From Candidatus Rokuibacteriota bacterium (GTDB lineage Bacteria; Methylomirabilota; Methylomirabilia; Rokubacteriales; CSP1-6), in NCBI GenBank assembly GCA_003220495.1, contig QHSP01000016.1, forward strand, positions 87,831-151,830: 64,000 nucleotides of DNA, in the 5' to 3' direction. Below the pieces are notes generated by a model that worked only from the letters and a program-made list of their open reading frames with translations, was not told the DNA's origin and made no database searches. The translations under genes and the position numbers were made by a program. Position 1 is the first letter of the stretch; every line of letters begins with the position of its first letter. Below, piece after piece: positions 25,062-34,825 of this stretch.

Positions 25062-27410
25062 CTATCTCTGCCGGAGTGCCCGCACGACGCGCTCCGGGGT
25101 GATCGGCTGGTCGCTGAGCATCACGCCGAGCGGCGCCAACGCGTCGTTGACGGCGTTCAGGATTGCGGCGGGCGCCCCCGTCACCCCCGCTTCGCCGGCG
25201 CCCTTGAAGCCGCCGGCGAGTCCCGGGGCCGGCGACTCGAGGTGATACATCTCGATCGGTGGGAGGTCGGCGCAGGTCGGTACCGCGTAGTCCATCAGAG
25301 TCGTCGAAAGAAGCTGCCCCGTATCGTCGTAGACACAGTGCTCCATCAGCGCGCCGCCGAGCCCCTGGGCGACCCCGCCCGCGATCTGGCCCTCGACGAG
25401 CGCGGGATTGATGATGCGCCCGCAGTCGTCGACGGCGACGTATCTCAGGATACGCACCCGGCCCGTGTCGGTGTCGACCTCGACGACGGCGAGGTGGGCG
25501 CCGTTGGTGAAGGTCCACGCGCCCGGGTTCGTATAGTGCACGGTCGCCTCGAGGCTCGGCTCGACACCCCGGAGCTCGTTCGACCGGAAGTGCGCGGCGC
25601 GCGCGAGCTCGGCGTAGCTCAGGCCCCGCTCTGGGCTCCCGCGGACCGCGGCGCGGCTGCCGCCGAGCTCGATGTCGGCGGCGTGCGCCTCCAGAAGCGC
25701 CGCCGCGACCGTCCGGATGCGCTCTCCGAGCGCCCGTGCGGCGAGCAAGGTCGCGCTTCCGCCGATCGGCATGCCGCGGCTCGCCCAGGTGCCTCCGCCA
25801 TAGGGCACCACGGCGGTGTCGCCGGAGAGCACCGCGACGTCGTCGAGGGGAACGTCGAGCACGTCGGCGATGATCTGCGCGAGCGCCGTGTGAGTCCCCT
25901 GGCCCTGATTGGTGACGCCGACGAGCGCCGTGACCGCGCCGCCGGGCTCGAGGCGTACGGTCGTTCCTTCCTGGCCCGAGATCGGCGCGCCCCCGACGCC
26001 GTAGAACTGCGCGCCCGGGCCGGTGAGCTCGACGAAGCACGCGAGCCCGATTCCCACGTGACGTCCCGCGGCGCGAGCCGCCCCCTGCTCCCTCCGTAGC
26101 CGGTCGTAGTCGGCAGCCTCCAGGAGACGCGCCAGCGCGGCCTGATAGCTGCCGCTGTCGAAGACGTTGCCCGCCGCCGAGGTGTAGGGAAGATCCTCGG
26201 GCCGCACCAGATTGCGCCGCCGCGCCTCCGCGGGGTCGAGTCCGAGGTCGCGCGCGACGAGATCGATCATGCTCTCGGTCACGGCGGTGGCGATCGGATG
26301 TCCGACGGCGCGGTACTGCGAGGTGATCACCTTGTTCTGTGCCACGACGCGCAGGGCCGCGTCGTAGTTCCGCACGCGATAGGGTCCCGGGAGCAAACGA
26401 AGCACCTGGCCACCCTCGACGACGCTCGAACGCGGATATGCGGAGTACGGTCCGACCGCGGCGGTGATGCTCGCCCGCATCGCGGTCAGGATTCCCTCGC
26501 CGTCGGCCGCGACCTCGACGCGGATCGTCTGCTCGCGCGCGTGGATGTCGGACAGAAAGGATTCGCGCCGGCTCGCGACGAACTTGACGGGCCGGCCGAG
26601 CGTCAGCGCGAGCGCGCAGGCCGCCATGTCGTCCTGGTAGACGTGGATCTTGATGCCGAAGCTGCCGCCGACGTCGGGGGCGATGACCCGAACGCGCTGC
26701 TCGCGCAGGCCGAAGAGCTCCGCGAGCACGGCTTGCATCATGTGCGGGACCTGGGTCGAGATCCACACCGTGAGCGCGCGCGTGGCGGGCTCGTAGTCGG
26801 CGATCAGGCTTCGCGGCTCGAGCGGCACGCCCGTGTGACGGCCCGTCGTGAACGTGCGCACCCACACGCGCCCGGCGTCGGCGAAGGCGCGCTCGACGTC
26901 CCCGGCGGTGAGTCGCGTCTCGTAGAGGACGTTGTCGCCGAGCTCGGGATGGATCAGGGGCGCGCCGGCCGCCACCGCGCTCTCCGGCGCGAGCACCGCG
27001 GGCAGCGGCTCGTACTCCACCTCGATCAGCGCCGCCGCGTCGTCGGCCGCCGCCCGGCTCTCGGCGGCGACCGCAACGATCGGCTCGCCGACGTAGCGCA
27101 CGCGATCGACGGCGAGCGGGCGCATGGCGCCCGTCTTCATGCCCTTGTAGTGGAGGAGGACGCCGCGATAGGGCTTGCACAGCGTGGCGACGGCGTCGCC
27201 GGTCAGCACGCCGACGACCCCGGGCGCCCGGCGCGCGCGGTCGAGCTCGACGTGGACGAGCCGCGCGTGGGCGTGGACGCTCCGAACGAAGGCGGCGTGG
27301 ACCATCCGAGGCAACGTCACGTCGTCGACGTAACGGCCGCGGCCGGTCAGCAGGCGGGGGTCGTCGCCGCGTTTGACGCGCGCTCCGATTCGGCCCGCCG
27401 GCGACGACAC
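25062..27410 (-). CDS. Xanthine dehydrogenase family protein, molybdopterin-binding (large) subunit
   Basis: 782 aa; Ald_Xan_dh_C and C2 domain organisation (...GGSFGIK..., ...QGQGTHTALAQI..., ...GEAGVTGAPAAILNAVNDAL...). The form-I CO-dehydrogenase VAYRCSFR loop is absent. No adjacent FeS or FAD subunit genes. Confidence 0.9.
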   Translation of the reverse strand: MSSPAGRIGARVKRGDDPRLLTGRGRYVDDVTLPRMVHAAFVRSVHAHARLVHVELDRARRAPGVVGVLTGDAVATLCKPYRGVLLHYKGMKTGAMRPLAVDRVRYVGEPIVAVAAESRAAADDAAALIEVEYEPLPAVLAPESAVAAGAPLIHPELGDNVLYETRLTAGDVERAFADAGRVWVRTFTTGRHTGVPLEPRSLIADYEPATRALTVWISTQVPHMMQAVLAELFGLREQRVRVIAPDVGGSFGIKIHVYQDDMAACALALTLGRPVKFVASRRESFLSDIHAREQTIRVEVAADGEGILTAMRASITAAVGPYSAYPRSSVVEGGQVLRLLPGPYRVRNYDAALRVVAQNKVITSQYRAVGHPIATAVTESMIDLVARDLGLDPAEARRRNLVRPEDLPYTSAAGNVFDSGSYQAALARLLEAADYDRLRREQGAARAAGRHVGIGLACFVELTGPGAQFYGVGGAPISGQEGTTVRLEPGGAVTALVGVTNQGQGTHTALAQIIADVLDVPLDDVAVLSGDTAVVPYGGGTWASRGMPIGGSATLLAARALGERIRTVAAALLEAHAADIELGGSRAAVRGSPERGLSYAELARAAHFRSNELRGVEPSLEATVHYTNPGAWTFTNGAHLAVVEVDTDTGRVRILRYVAVDDCGRIINPALVEGQIAGGVAQGLGGALMEHCVYDDTGQLLSTTLMDYAVPTCADLPPIEMYHLESPAPGLAGGFKGAGEAGVTGAPAAILNAVNDALAPLGVMLSDQPITPERVVRALRQR

Positions 27411-27428
27411 GGCGGGAATCTATCACGA

Positions 27429-27458
27429 TTGACACTCGCTGACCGGCCCCCCTATCAT
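27429..27458 (+). promoter_or_regulatory. Candidate sigma-70 promoter for the first ABC-transporter operon
   Basis: TTGACA (27429-27434), an 18-nt spacer, then TATCAT (27453-27458). About 47 nt upstream of the substrate-binding-protein ATG, which has a GGAGGG ribosome-binding site. Confidence 0.4.
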
Positions 27459-27505
27459 CGGCGCCACTCGAGCACCTCAGACCTCACGGACCCACGGAGG
27501 GAGCC

Positions 27506-28723
27506 ATGCATCGACGCCAGTTCCTGACGACTGCAACGACCGGGGCGACCATCCTGGCCTTCCCCGCCGTGCTTCGGGCACAGAGCAAAGATCCGATCCG
27601 CATCGGCTTCCCCCTTCCGTTGACCGGCACGTTCGCCGCGATCGCCGCCGACATGCATCGGGGCGCCCAGCTCGCGATGGAGGAGCTGAACGCCAAGGGC
27701 GGCATCATGGGGCGCAAGGTCGACGTGATGTTCCGCGACGACGAGCTGAAGCCGGCCGTCGGAGCCCAGCGGACGAAGGAGCTCATCGAGAACCAGAAGG
27801 TCGACTTCGTCGTCGGCGGTCTCGCCGCGCACGTGCAGATGGCCATCAACGAGCAGACCAAGGCCGCCGGCAAGCTCTACATCTCGGTGAGCCAGTCCGA
27901 CGAGATCAGCGCCAAGCCCGACACGAGCCCGCTGACCTTCCACGAGGCGCTGAACCCGACGATCACCAGCCGGGCCGTCGCCACCTTCGGCGTCAAGGAA
28001 CTCGGCAAGAAGTGGTGGATCGTCTACGCCGACTACGCGTTCGGCAAACAGAACACCGCCGTCTTCACCGCGATCGCGCCCAAGCTCGGTGGCACCCTGC
28101 TCGGCAGCACGCCGTATCCGCTCGGCAAGCCCGAGTTCTCGGCGCACCTGCCGAAGATCCAGGCCGCCAAGCCCGACGTGATCTACGCCGTCACCCCGGG
28201 CGCCGACGCCGTCCCGTTCCTGAAGCAGGCGATCAGCTTCGGCCTGAAGAAGGACGCGAAGATCGTCGTGCCCCTGCACTTCCTCGACTACACCAAGGAG
28301 GGCGGCGCCGAGGTGTGGCAGGACATCTTCGGGGCGACCCACTTCTGCCACGAGCTGGCCGAGACCGTGCCGCAGGCCAAGCGCTACGTCGACGCCTACA
28401 CGAAGAAGTTCAACCGGCCGCCCGACTCGTACTCCGGCTATGGCTACAGCGGCATCATGGAAGTCGCCCGGGGCGTCGAGCTGGCGAAGTCGACCGACTC
28501 CAACGCGGTGGCCAACGCGCTCCGCAAGAACCGTGAGTACGACCACTACAAGGGCAAGCAGTGGTGGCGCGCCTGCGACAACAAGTCCTTCCAGGATCTC
28601 TGGATCCTCAAGGTCCGCTCGCCGCAGCAGGTGAAAGGCGAGTGGGGCTTCTTCGACATCGTCGGCAAAGTCGCGGCGAACGAAGAGCTCGACCGCACCT
28701 GCGCCGAAAAGGGATTCGCCTAG
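27506..28723 (+). CDS. ABC transporter substrate-binding protein (LivJ/branched-chain amino acid type, Tat signal)
   Basis: MHRRQFLTTATTGATILAFPAVLRA has an RRxFL Tat motif, followed by a Peripla_BP_6 fold. Confidence 0.88.
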   Translation: MHRRQFLTTATTGATILAFPAVLRAQSKDPIRIGFPLPLTGTFAAIAADMHRGAQLAMEELNAKGGIMGRKVDVMFRDDELKPAVGAQRTKELIENQKVDFVVGGLAAHVQMAINEQTKAAGKLYISVSQSDEISAKPDTSPLTFHEALNPTITSRAVATFGVKELGKKWWIVYADYAFGKQNTAVFTAIAPKLGGTLLGSTPYPLGKPEFSAHLPKIQAAKPDVIYAVTPGADAVPFLKQAISFGLKKDAKIVVPLHFLDYTKEGGAEVWQDIFGATHFCHELAETVPQAKRYVDAYTKKFNRPPDSYSGYGYSGIMEVARGVELAKSTDSNAVANALRKNREYDHYKGKQWWRACDNKSFQDLWILKVRSPQQVKGEWGFFDIVGKVAANEELDRTCAEKGFA

Positions 28724-28727
28724 CCGC

Positions 28728-29612
28728 GTGTTCGACATCCCGTTGTCCGCGCTCGCCGCCCAGGCCTTCACCGGCCTCGTGCTGGGCGGGATCTTCGTCC
28801 TGATGGCCATCGGGCTCAGCCTGATCTTCGGGCTGATGACGGTGGTCAACTTCGCCCACGGATCGTTCTACATGCTGGGCGCGTACGTTGCCTTCTCGCT
28901 GATGGGGCTGACGAAGAGCTTCTGGGCGGCCCTGGTGCTGGCGCCGCTAGTCGTCGGAGCTCTCGGCTTCCTCGTCGAGCGCTTCCTCATCCGGCGGCTC
29001 TACGGGCGCAGCCCGGACGATCCGCTGTTGCTGACGTTCGGTCTGTCGCTGGCGATGGTCGAAGGCGCCAAGCTGATATGGGGAAAGATCGGTCTCCAGG
29101 TCGACCCACCCAAGCAGCTGGCGGCCGCCGTCAACCTGGGCTTCATGAATTTCCCGGTCTACCGGCTGTTCGTCATCGCCGTGACGGCCGCCGTGCTCGT
29201 GTCGCTCTGGCTCTTCCTCGAGAAGACCAGCATCGGGCTCATCATCCGTGCGGGCTCCCGGGACGCGCTGATGGTGCGGGCGCTGGGCGTGGATCTCAAT
29301 CGGGTCTGGCTGCTCGTCTTCGGGCTCGGCATCGCCATGGCCGGCCTGGCGGGAGTCCTCGCCGGCCCGATGCGCGGTGTCTACGCCGAGATGGGCGTCG
29401 AGATCATCATCGATTCCTTCGTGATCGTGGTCGTCGGTGGCATGGGAAGCCTGGCCGGGGCGATCATCGCCGGTCTGCTCATGGGGGAGATCGTCAGCCT
29501 CACGACGTTCTTCGCGCCCAAGCTCGCCGAGCTGATCATCTTCATCGTGATGGCGATCGTGCTGCTCGTCCGGCCGAGCGGACTCTTCGGCGAGGCGGGG
29601 TTGGCCGAGTGA
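28728..29612 (+). CDS. Branched-chain amino acid ABC transporter permease (LivH type)
   Basis: VFDIPLSALAAQAFTGLVLGGIFVLMAIGLSLIFGLMTVVNFAHGSFYMLGAY... GTG start. Confidence 0.85.
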   Translation: MFDIPLSALAAQAFTGLVLGGIFVLMAIGLSLIFGLMTVVNFAHGSFYMLGAYVAFSLMGLTKSFWAALVLAPLVVGALGFLVERFLIRRLYGRSPDDPLLLTFGLSLAMVEGAKLIWGKIGLQVDPPKQLAAAVNLGFMNFPVYRLFVIAVTAAVLVSLWLFLEKTSIGLIIRAGSRDALMVRALGVDLNRVWLLVFGLGIAMAGLAGVLAGPMRGVYAEMGVEIIIDSFVIVVVGGMGSLAGAIIAGLLMGEIVSLTTFFAPKLAELIIFIVMAIVLLVRPSGLFGEAGLAE

Positions 29613-30577
29613 TCCGGGCGGCCGCGTTCCGTCCGATCACGGCATGGGTGTCGGCCCATCCCGTGGCGTCCTTCGTCGTCTTCTTCGCCGCGTTCCCGTT
29701 TCTCGTGCCGTACCAGTCGCTCGCCACGCAGGTGTTGATCTTCGGCCTGTTCGCGCTGGGGTTCAATCTCCTCTACGGCTACACCGGGCTCCTCTCGTTC
29801 GGCCACGCCGCCTACTACGGGCTCGGCGCATACGGCGCGGGTATCGCGCTGGCCAAGGTCAAGGTGACCTCGCTGTGGCTCGCGCTCGGCATGGGCCTCA
29901 CGGCGGCGGTCATCGGCGGCGCGCTGGTCGGGTTCTTCTGCCTGCGGCGGCGCGGCATCTACTTCGCCATGCTGACCTTGGCCTTTGCGCAGATGCTCTA
30001 CTTCATCGCCTTCCACGCCGCGGACCTGACCGGCGGCGACGACGGGCTGCGGGGCATCCCGCTGCACCCCCTCGGACTGGCCGGCTGGTCCGTGTCGCTC
30101 CGCACCCCGCTGGCCTTCTACTTCTTCGCCTACGCGCTCGTCGTGCTCGCGGTCGCCGCGCTCAAGCGGATCCTGGATTCGCCGTTCGGCGCGGTGCTGC
30201 AGGCGATCCGCGAGAACAGCGATCGAGCCGTGGCGTGCGGCTACGACATCAACCGGATCAAGCTCCTCTCGTTCGTCTTCTCGGCGCTCTTCACCGGGCT
30301 CGCTGGGGCGCTCGACGCGCTTCGGCTCACGGTCGTGCCCGTCGACTCGCTGTACTGGACGACCTCGGGCCAGGTGGTGATCATGACCTTGCTCGGCGGC
30401 GCGGGGACGTTCTTCGGACCGTTCGTGGGTGCGGCCACCTTCCTGATCCTCGCCGACCGTCTGAGCCTCGTCATCGAGGCCTGGCCGCTCGTGATCGGCG
30501 TCATTTTCATGGCGTTCGTCCTGTTCCTCCCGCGCGGGATATGGGGCACGCTGGTGGCTCGCGGGGTCGAGCGATGA
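29609..30577 (+). CDS. Branched-chain amino acid ABC transporter permease (LivM type)
   Basis: ...LIFGLFALGFNLLYGYTGLLSFGHAAYYGLGAY... GTG at 29609 overlaps the livH-type stop (GTGA). The 499-aa ORF in the track is an extension. Confidence 0.85.
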   Translation: MIRAAAFRPITAWVSAHPVASFVVFFAAFPFLVPYQSLATQVLIFGLFALGFNLLYGYTGLLSFGHAAYYGLGAYGAGIALAKVKVTSLWLALGMGLTAAVIGGALVGFFCLRRRGIYFAMLTLAFAQMLYFIAFHAADLTGGDDGLRGIPLHPLGLAGWSVSLRTPLAFYFFAYALVVLAVAALKRILDSPFGAVLQAIRENSDRAVACGYDINRIKLLSFVFSALFTGLAGALDALRLTVVPVDSLYWTTSGQVVIMTLLGGAGTFFGPFVGAATFLILADRLSLVIEAWPLVIGVIFMAFVLFLPRGIWGTLVARGVER

Positions 30578-31761
30578 AGGAGGTCCAGCGCGCGGTCGTC
30601 GAGCGCGCCGAGCGGCTGACGCGCGAGCGCATCGCGCCACGGGCCGGCGAGTACGACGCCGCCGCGGCCAATCCGGTCGAGAGCTGGCGCGACCTCTGGC
30701 GCGAGGGGCTCCTCGCCGGCGCGATCCCCGAGAGCGAGGGCGGTCTCGGGCTCGACATGGCGACGTACATCGCGGTCATTCGCACGATCGCCCGCGGCTG
30801 TGCCAGCACCGCGATGACCGTCCACATGCACTCGACGGTCATGCGATTCATCGATGCGGTCGGCAGCCCGGCGCAGAAGCGGCGCTACTTCGACGAGGTC
30901 GTGCGCCACGGCAAGCTCTTCGGTAGCTGGGGCAGCGAGCCCGCGGTGAGCCTGTCGCGCACCCTGCTCATGGAGACGGTGATCCGCCACGACGGCCGAG
31001 GCTTCGTGATCGATGGCGTCAAGCACTTCTGCACCATGGCCCTCGGCGCCTCGCACTACATGGTCTGGTGCGCGCTCGACGGCGGCACCGACATGGCGAA
31101 GTCGCTCCAGCTGGCGCTGGTGCCGGCGGACTCGCCGGGAATCACGACCGACGCCAGGTGGGACACGCTCGGAATGCGCGCGACCTTCAGTCCGTCCGTG
31201 ACGTTCGCCGGTGTCCGCGTACCGGAAGACGGGATGCTCGGCGATCCCGGCGTCGCGGTTCAGGTCGGCGTGATCGAGAGCTTCGCGCTCGGCTATGCCG
31301 CCGTCTACCTGGGCATCGCGGAGTCGGCGCTGGCCTTCGCGCTCGACTACGCGAAGAAGCGGATCGTGAAGCCCGAGAACATCGCGGTCGCGGCGGACCC
31401 GACCGTCCAGCGCCACGTGGGCGAGCTGGCGGCGCATCTCGACGCCGCCGGGCTCGTGCTGATCGACTCGGCGGCGCGCTGGGACGGCGCCGACCTCGCC
31501 GAGCTCGGCCCCCTCGCCAATCGGGCCAAGTATCTGGCCACGGAAGTCGGCCTGCACGTCACTTCGAAAGTCATCCAGGTCGTGGGTGGCCGCGGCGCCT
31601 ACAAGGACTTTCCCGCCGAGCGCGCCTTCCGCGATCTGAGGACCTGCACCTTGATGCCGCCGACCGTCGATCGCATGCTCGAGGCCATCGGCAAGAGTGC
31701 CTTGGGTCTCGACACGGCGATGTTCAACGTCTCCGGACGCAAGCCCGCCGCCGGACGCTGA
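30574..31761 (+). CDS. Acyl-CoA dehydrogenase family protein
   Basis: MKEVQRAVVERAERLTRERIAPRAGEYD...GGLGLDMATYIAVIRTIARGC... ATGA overlap with the livM-type stop. Confidence 0.85.
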   Translation: MKEVQRAVVERAERLTRERIAPRAGEYDAAAANPVESWRDLWREGLLAGAIPESEGGLGLDMATYIAVIRTIARGCASTAMTVHMHSTVMRFIDAVGSPAQKRRYFDEVVRHGKLFGSWGSEPAVSLSRTLLMETVIRHDGRGFVIDGVKHFCTMALGASHYMVWCALDGGTDMAKSLQLALVPADSPGITTDARWDTLGMRATFSPSVTFAGVRVPEDGMLGDPGVAVQVGVIESFALGYAAVYLGIAESALAFALDYAKKRIVKPENIAVAADPTVQRHVGELAAHLDAAGLVLIDSAARWDGADLAELGPLANRAKYLATEVGLHVTSKVIQVVGGRGAYKDFPAERAFRDLRTCTLMPPTVDRMLEAIGKSALGLDTAMFNVSGRKPAAGR

Positions 31762-31771
31762 TCCCGTTCAG

Positions 31772-31825
31772 AGGCGCACCTCGGCCGGCGGGGCCCCAGC
31801 CCCGCGACGGCCTGCCGTGCGCGCC
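31772..31825. repeat. GC-rich palindromic intergenic repeat, copy C (opposite orientation)
   Basis: aggcgcacctcggccggcggggccccagccccgcgacggcctgccgtgcgcgcc is the reverse complement of copy A (about 90% identity). Confidence 0.5.
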
Positions 31826-31911
31826 GCCGCCCTCCGAAACAATTCGGTCGCCGGGTCCGTCCAATTGGCCAGAGGGGAAGGAGCGGTTGGCCCCCTCAGG
31901 AGGGACCGACA

Positions 31912-32313
31912 ATGAAAAAGACCATTATTTTCGCGAGCTTGTTGGCGCTACTCATCCCCGGCACTGCGTTCGCGGGTTCTTCGACCGACGCGGCGCTCGG
32001 GCTCGGCGCCTTCGCCGTCTTCAACCAGATCATCTCCGGGACCGGCGTCTTCGGCGTGTTCGCGCCGGCGCCTCGACCGGTCTACCTGCCGGCACCTCCG
32101 CCGCCCGTGGCGCCGCCGGTGGTCGTGCAGCCGCAGTACTACCCGGTCTACGTGCCGGCGCCGGTCTACCACGCGCCGGTTCACTATCGGCCCGTCTACC
32201 GCGCGCCGGCGCGCGTGGTCGTGATCGAGAAGCGCGTCGTCGTCGCACCGCGCCACGGCTTCATCCCGCCCGGCCACACCCGTAACGGCCACCCGGGCCG
32301 CGGCTGGCGTTAG
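31912..32313 (+). CDS. Small secreted Pro/Val/Tyr/His-rich protein (signal peptide)
   Basis: MKKTIIFASLLALLIPGTAFA is a textbook signal peptide. GGAGGG ribosome-binding site. The mature part contains PVY/PAP repeats and several His residues. Confidence 0.7.
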   Translation: MKKTIIFASLLALLIPGTAFAGSSTDAALGLGAFAVFNQIISGTGVFGVFAPAPRPVYLPAPPPPVAPPVVVQPQYYPVYVPAPVYHAPVHYRPVYRAPARVVVIEKRVVVAPRHGFIPPGHTRNGHPGRGWR

Positions 32314-32344
32314 GTCTTCGACTTCGTCCGCCGGGACGCCGACC

Positions 32345-33055
32345 TCAGATTTCGAGGAAGCGCTGCTGAATGGTCGGGTCCCGGCGGAGCTGTTCGGGAG
32401 TGCCCTCGAACTGGATCTGCCCCTGATCCATCACGTACACGCGGTGCGACAGAGCGAGCGCGACTTCGAGGGTCTGCTCGACCAGCAGGATCGTCGTGCC
32501 CCGCTTGTTGATCGCGGACAGGATTTCCGTGAGGTTCTGCACGAGGAGCGGCGCGAGCCCTTCGGTCGGCTCGTCCACGAGCATGACGGCCGGGTGGCTC
32601 ACGAGCCCCCGCGCGATCGCGAGCATCTGCTGCTCGCCGCCCGAGAGGAACCGGCCGCGGTGCGCGATGCGCTCGCGGAGCCGCGGAAAGTAGCCGAAGA
32701 CTTCCTCCAGCGCGTCGGTGCCGTCACGGTGCGTCGGGCCGCCGAGCATGCCGAGCCGGAGATTCTCCAGCACGGTGAGGTTCGGCAGCACGCGACGCTC
32801 CTCGGGAATCCACGCGATGCCCCGACGCGCGATCTCGTGGGTGCCGAGCCCCGTGATGTCTTCGCCGCGCAGCCGGACGTGGCCGCGCCGGGCCCGCACG
32901 ATGCCCATGATCGACCGCAAGGTCGTCGTCTTGCCGGCGCCGTTGCGTCCGATGAGCGTGACGACCTCGCGCTCGCCGACCGTCAGCGACACGCCTTGCA
33001 AGATGTGGGCTTCGCCGTAGTAGGTGTGGACGTCGTCGAGGGTGAGCAGGCTCAC
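32345..33055 (-). CDS. ABC transporter ATP-binding protein (LivF type)
   Basis: 236 aa; Walker A GRNGAGKTT, signature LSGGEQQ, Walker B LVDEP. GTG overlaps the upstream stop (GTGA). Confidence 0.88.
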   Translation of the reverse strand: MSLLTLDDVHTYYGEAHILQGVSLTVGEREVVTLIGRNGAGKTTTLRSIMGIVRARRGHVRLRGEDITGLGTHEIARRGIAWIPEERRVLPNLTVLENLRLGMLGGPTHRDGTDALEEVFGYFPRLRERIAHRGRFLSGGEQQMLAIARGLVSHPAVMLVDEPTEGLAPLLVQNLTEILSAINKRGTTILLVEQTLEVALALSHRVYVMDQGQIQFEGTPEQLRRDPTIQQRFLEI

Positions 33056-33801
33056 CGGGTGGCTCCCAGATAGGTCTGCTGCACCCGGGTATTGGTGCGA
33101 ATCTCCTCCGGCGTTCCATCCGCGAGCACCTGGCCCTGGTGGAGCACGGTGATCCGGTCGGAGATCCCCATCACCACCTTCATCTTGTGCTCGACCAGCA
33201 CCACCGTGCGCCCGGTCGCGAGCTCGCGAATGAGCCGCATCGTGGCGTCGGTCTCCTCCGGGCTCATGCCCGCGGTCGGCTCGTCGAGCAATAACAAGAT
33301 CGGATCGGACGCGAGCGCGATGCCGAGCTCGAGATGTCGCTTCTCGCCGTGCGAGAGGTGCGCGGCGAGCAAGTTGGTCTTGGTCCCGAGCCCGACGGAC
33401 GTCAGGATGGCGACCGCACGGTCCCTCACCTCCGTGAGGTGATCGGCGCGCGACCAGAAGTTGAAGGACCGCGCGTAGCCCTGCACCGCGACGCGCACGT
33501 TCTCGAGCACGCTCAGATGCGGGAAGACGTTCGTGATCTGATACGACTTGGCGATGCCGAGCCGCGCAGTCGCGTGCTGCGGCACCCCCGTGATGTCGGC
33601 GCCGTTGAACCAGATGCGGCCCGAGGTCGGCATCGTCTCGCCGGAGATCAGGCGAAAGAAGGTGGTCTTGCCGGCGCCGTTGGGCCCGATGATCGAGCGC
33701 AGCTCGCCGCGCTGGACGCTCACGTCCACGTCCGACACCGCCAGCAAGCTGCCGTACGCGCGCGTGAGGCGCTCGGTGCGCAGCAGGACGGCGTCGGGCA
33801 T
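33052..33801 (-). CDS. ABC transporter ATP-binding protein (LivG type)
   Basis: [47 protein letters not shown]... The start was chosen at the internal ATG (33799-33801 complement); the ORF in the track extends 23 codons further upstream. Confidence 0.82.
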   Translation of the reverse strand: MPDAVLLRTERLTRAYGSLLAVSDVDVSVQRGELRSIIGPNGAGKTTFFRLISGETMPTSGRIWFNGADITGVPQHATARLGIAKSYQITNVFPHLSVLENVRVAVQGYARSFNFWSRADHLTEVRDRAVAILTSVGLGTKTNLLAAHLSHGEKRHLELGIALASDPILLLLDEPTAGMSPEETDATMRLIRELATGRTVVLVEHKMKVVMGISDRITVLHQGQVLADGTPEEIRTNTRVQQTYLGATR

Positions 33802-33868
33802 AGCGCGAGATAGCACGCGGGCTTTTGCCGTGTCAAGGCGCCGAGCTGTGCTATCGTGCCGCGCGGAC

Positions 33869-34825
33869 ATGACCCCTCACGTGGTGCCGCAGCGCTGGAA
33901 GAGCGGGATGATCGAAATCGGAGCCAAGATCTTTGCCTACGTGCAGGCCTCGGGGATCGATCCGACCGGGGACACCGGCGTCGCCAACTCCGGGTTGATC
34001 ATCGGGCCTTCGGCGGCGGTCGCGGTGGACGCGTTGATGGTTCCGTCGATGACGAAACGGCTCGTGACGGCCATCAAGAAGACGACGCGCAAGCCGGTCG
34101 CCCAGCTCATCAACACGCACCATCACCTCGACCACACCGGCGGCAACCGGTTCTTCCGCGGCGCGACGATCGTCGCGACCGAGAAGTGCCGCGCGGCGCT
34201 CGCTCCGGGGTTTCCGCCGGTGGATCTGCTGCAGCGGTTCATGCCCAAGTTCGCCGCGGAGTTCCCGAAGCTCCGGGTGGCCCTGCCGACGGTGACCTTC
34301 GAGGACCGGATGGTCCTGTACGACGGCGAGCGAGAGATCCAGCTCTGGCACCCGGGCTTCGCCGCGCACACCGTCGGAGACGCCACCGCCTACCTGCCGA
34401 AAGAACGGATCCTGTTCGCGGGTGACATCGCGTTCCTCTACGTCACGCCCCTGGCCTTTCAGGGCCACGTCGGCAACTGGATCAAGGCCGCCGACCGTCT
34501 GCTGCGCTTCGACGCCGACGTGATCGTGCCGGGCCACGGACCCATCGGCACCAAGAAAGACTTGAAGCACATGCGCGACTACCTCGCGCTGGTGCGCCGC
34601 GAGGCAAAGCAGCGGTTCGACGCCGGCATGCCGGCGGAGGCGGCGGCCGCCGACATCAAGCTCGGCGTGTACGCGTCGTGGAGCGACCCCGAGCGGATCT
34701 TGCCGAACGTGATGCGCTGCTACCAGGAATTCCGCGACGAGCTGGATCGGCCGATGGATCTGCCGCGGATGCTCGCGGGGATGGAACGGCTGCGCGGGGC
34801 GGCGTCGCCCCACGCGTGCGTCTAG
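33869..34825 (+). CDS. MBL fold metallo-hydrolase
   Basis: ...AQLINTHHHLDHTGGN... is the HxHxDH motif; GDIAFLY and VPGHGP lie downstream. Confidence 0.85.
   Translation: MTPHVVPQRWKSGMIEIGAKIFAYVQASGIDPTGDTGVANSGLIIGPSAAVAVDALMVPSMTKRLVTAIKKTTRKPVAQLINTHHHLDHTGGNRFFRGATIVATEKCRAALAPGFPPVDLLQRFMPKFAAEFPKLRVALPTVTFEDRMVLYDGEREIQLWHPGFAAHTVGDATAYLPKERILFAGDIAFLYVTPLAFQGHVGNWIKAADRLLRFDADVIVPGHGPIGTKKDLKHMRDYLALVRREAKQRFDAGMPAEAAAADIKLGVYASWSDPERILPNVMRCYQEFRDELDRPMDLPRMLAGMERLRGAASPHACV

Noticed and set aside
25062-27410. Calling the Mo subunit a form-I aerobic CO dehydrogenase (CoxL)
   Set aside because: The diagnostic VAYRCSFR active-site loop is absent (the sequence here is ...QYRAVGHP...), and there are no coxS or coxM neighbours.
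24835-27435. 866-aa minus-strand ORF overlapping the xanthine-dehydrogenase-family gene in another frame
   Set aside because: Arg-rich, low-complexity translation. The XDH frame has unmistakable family motifs.
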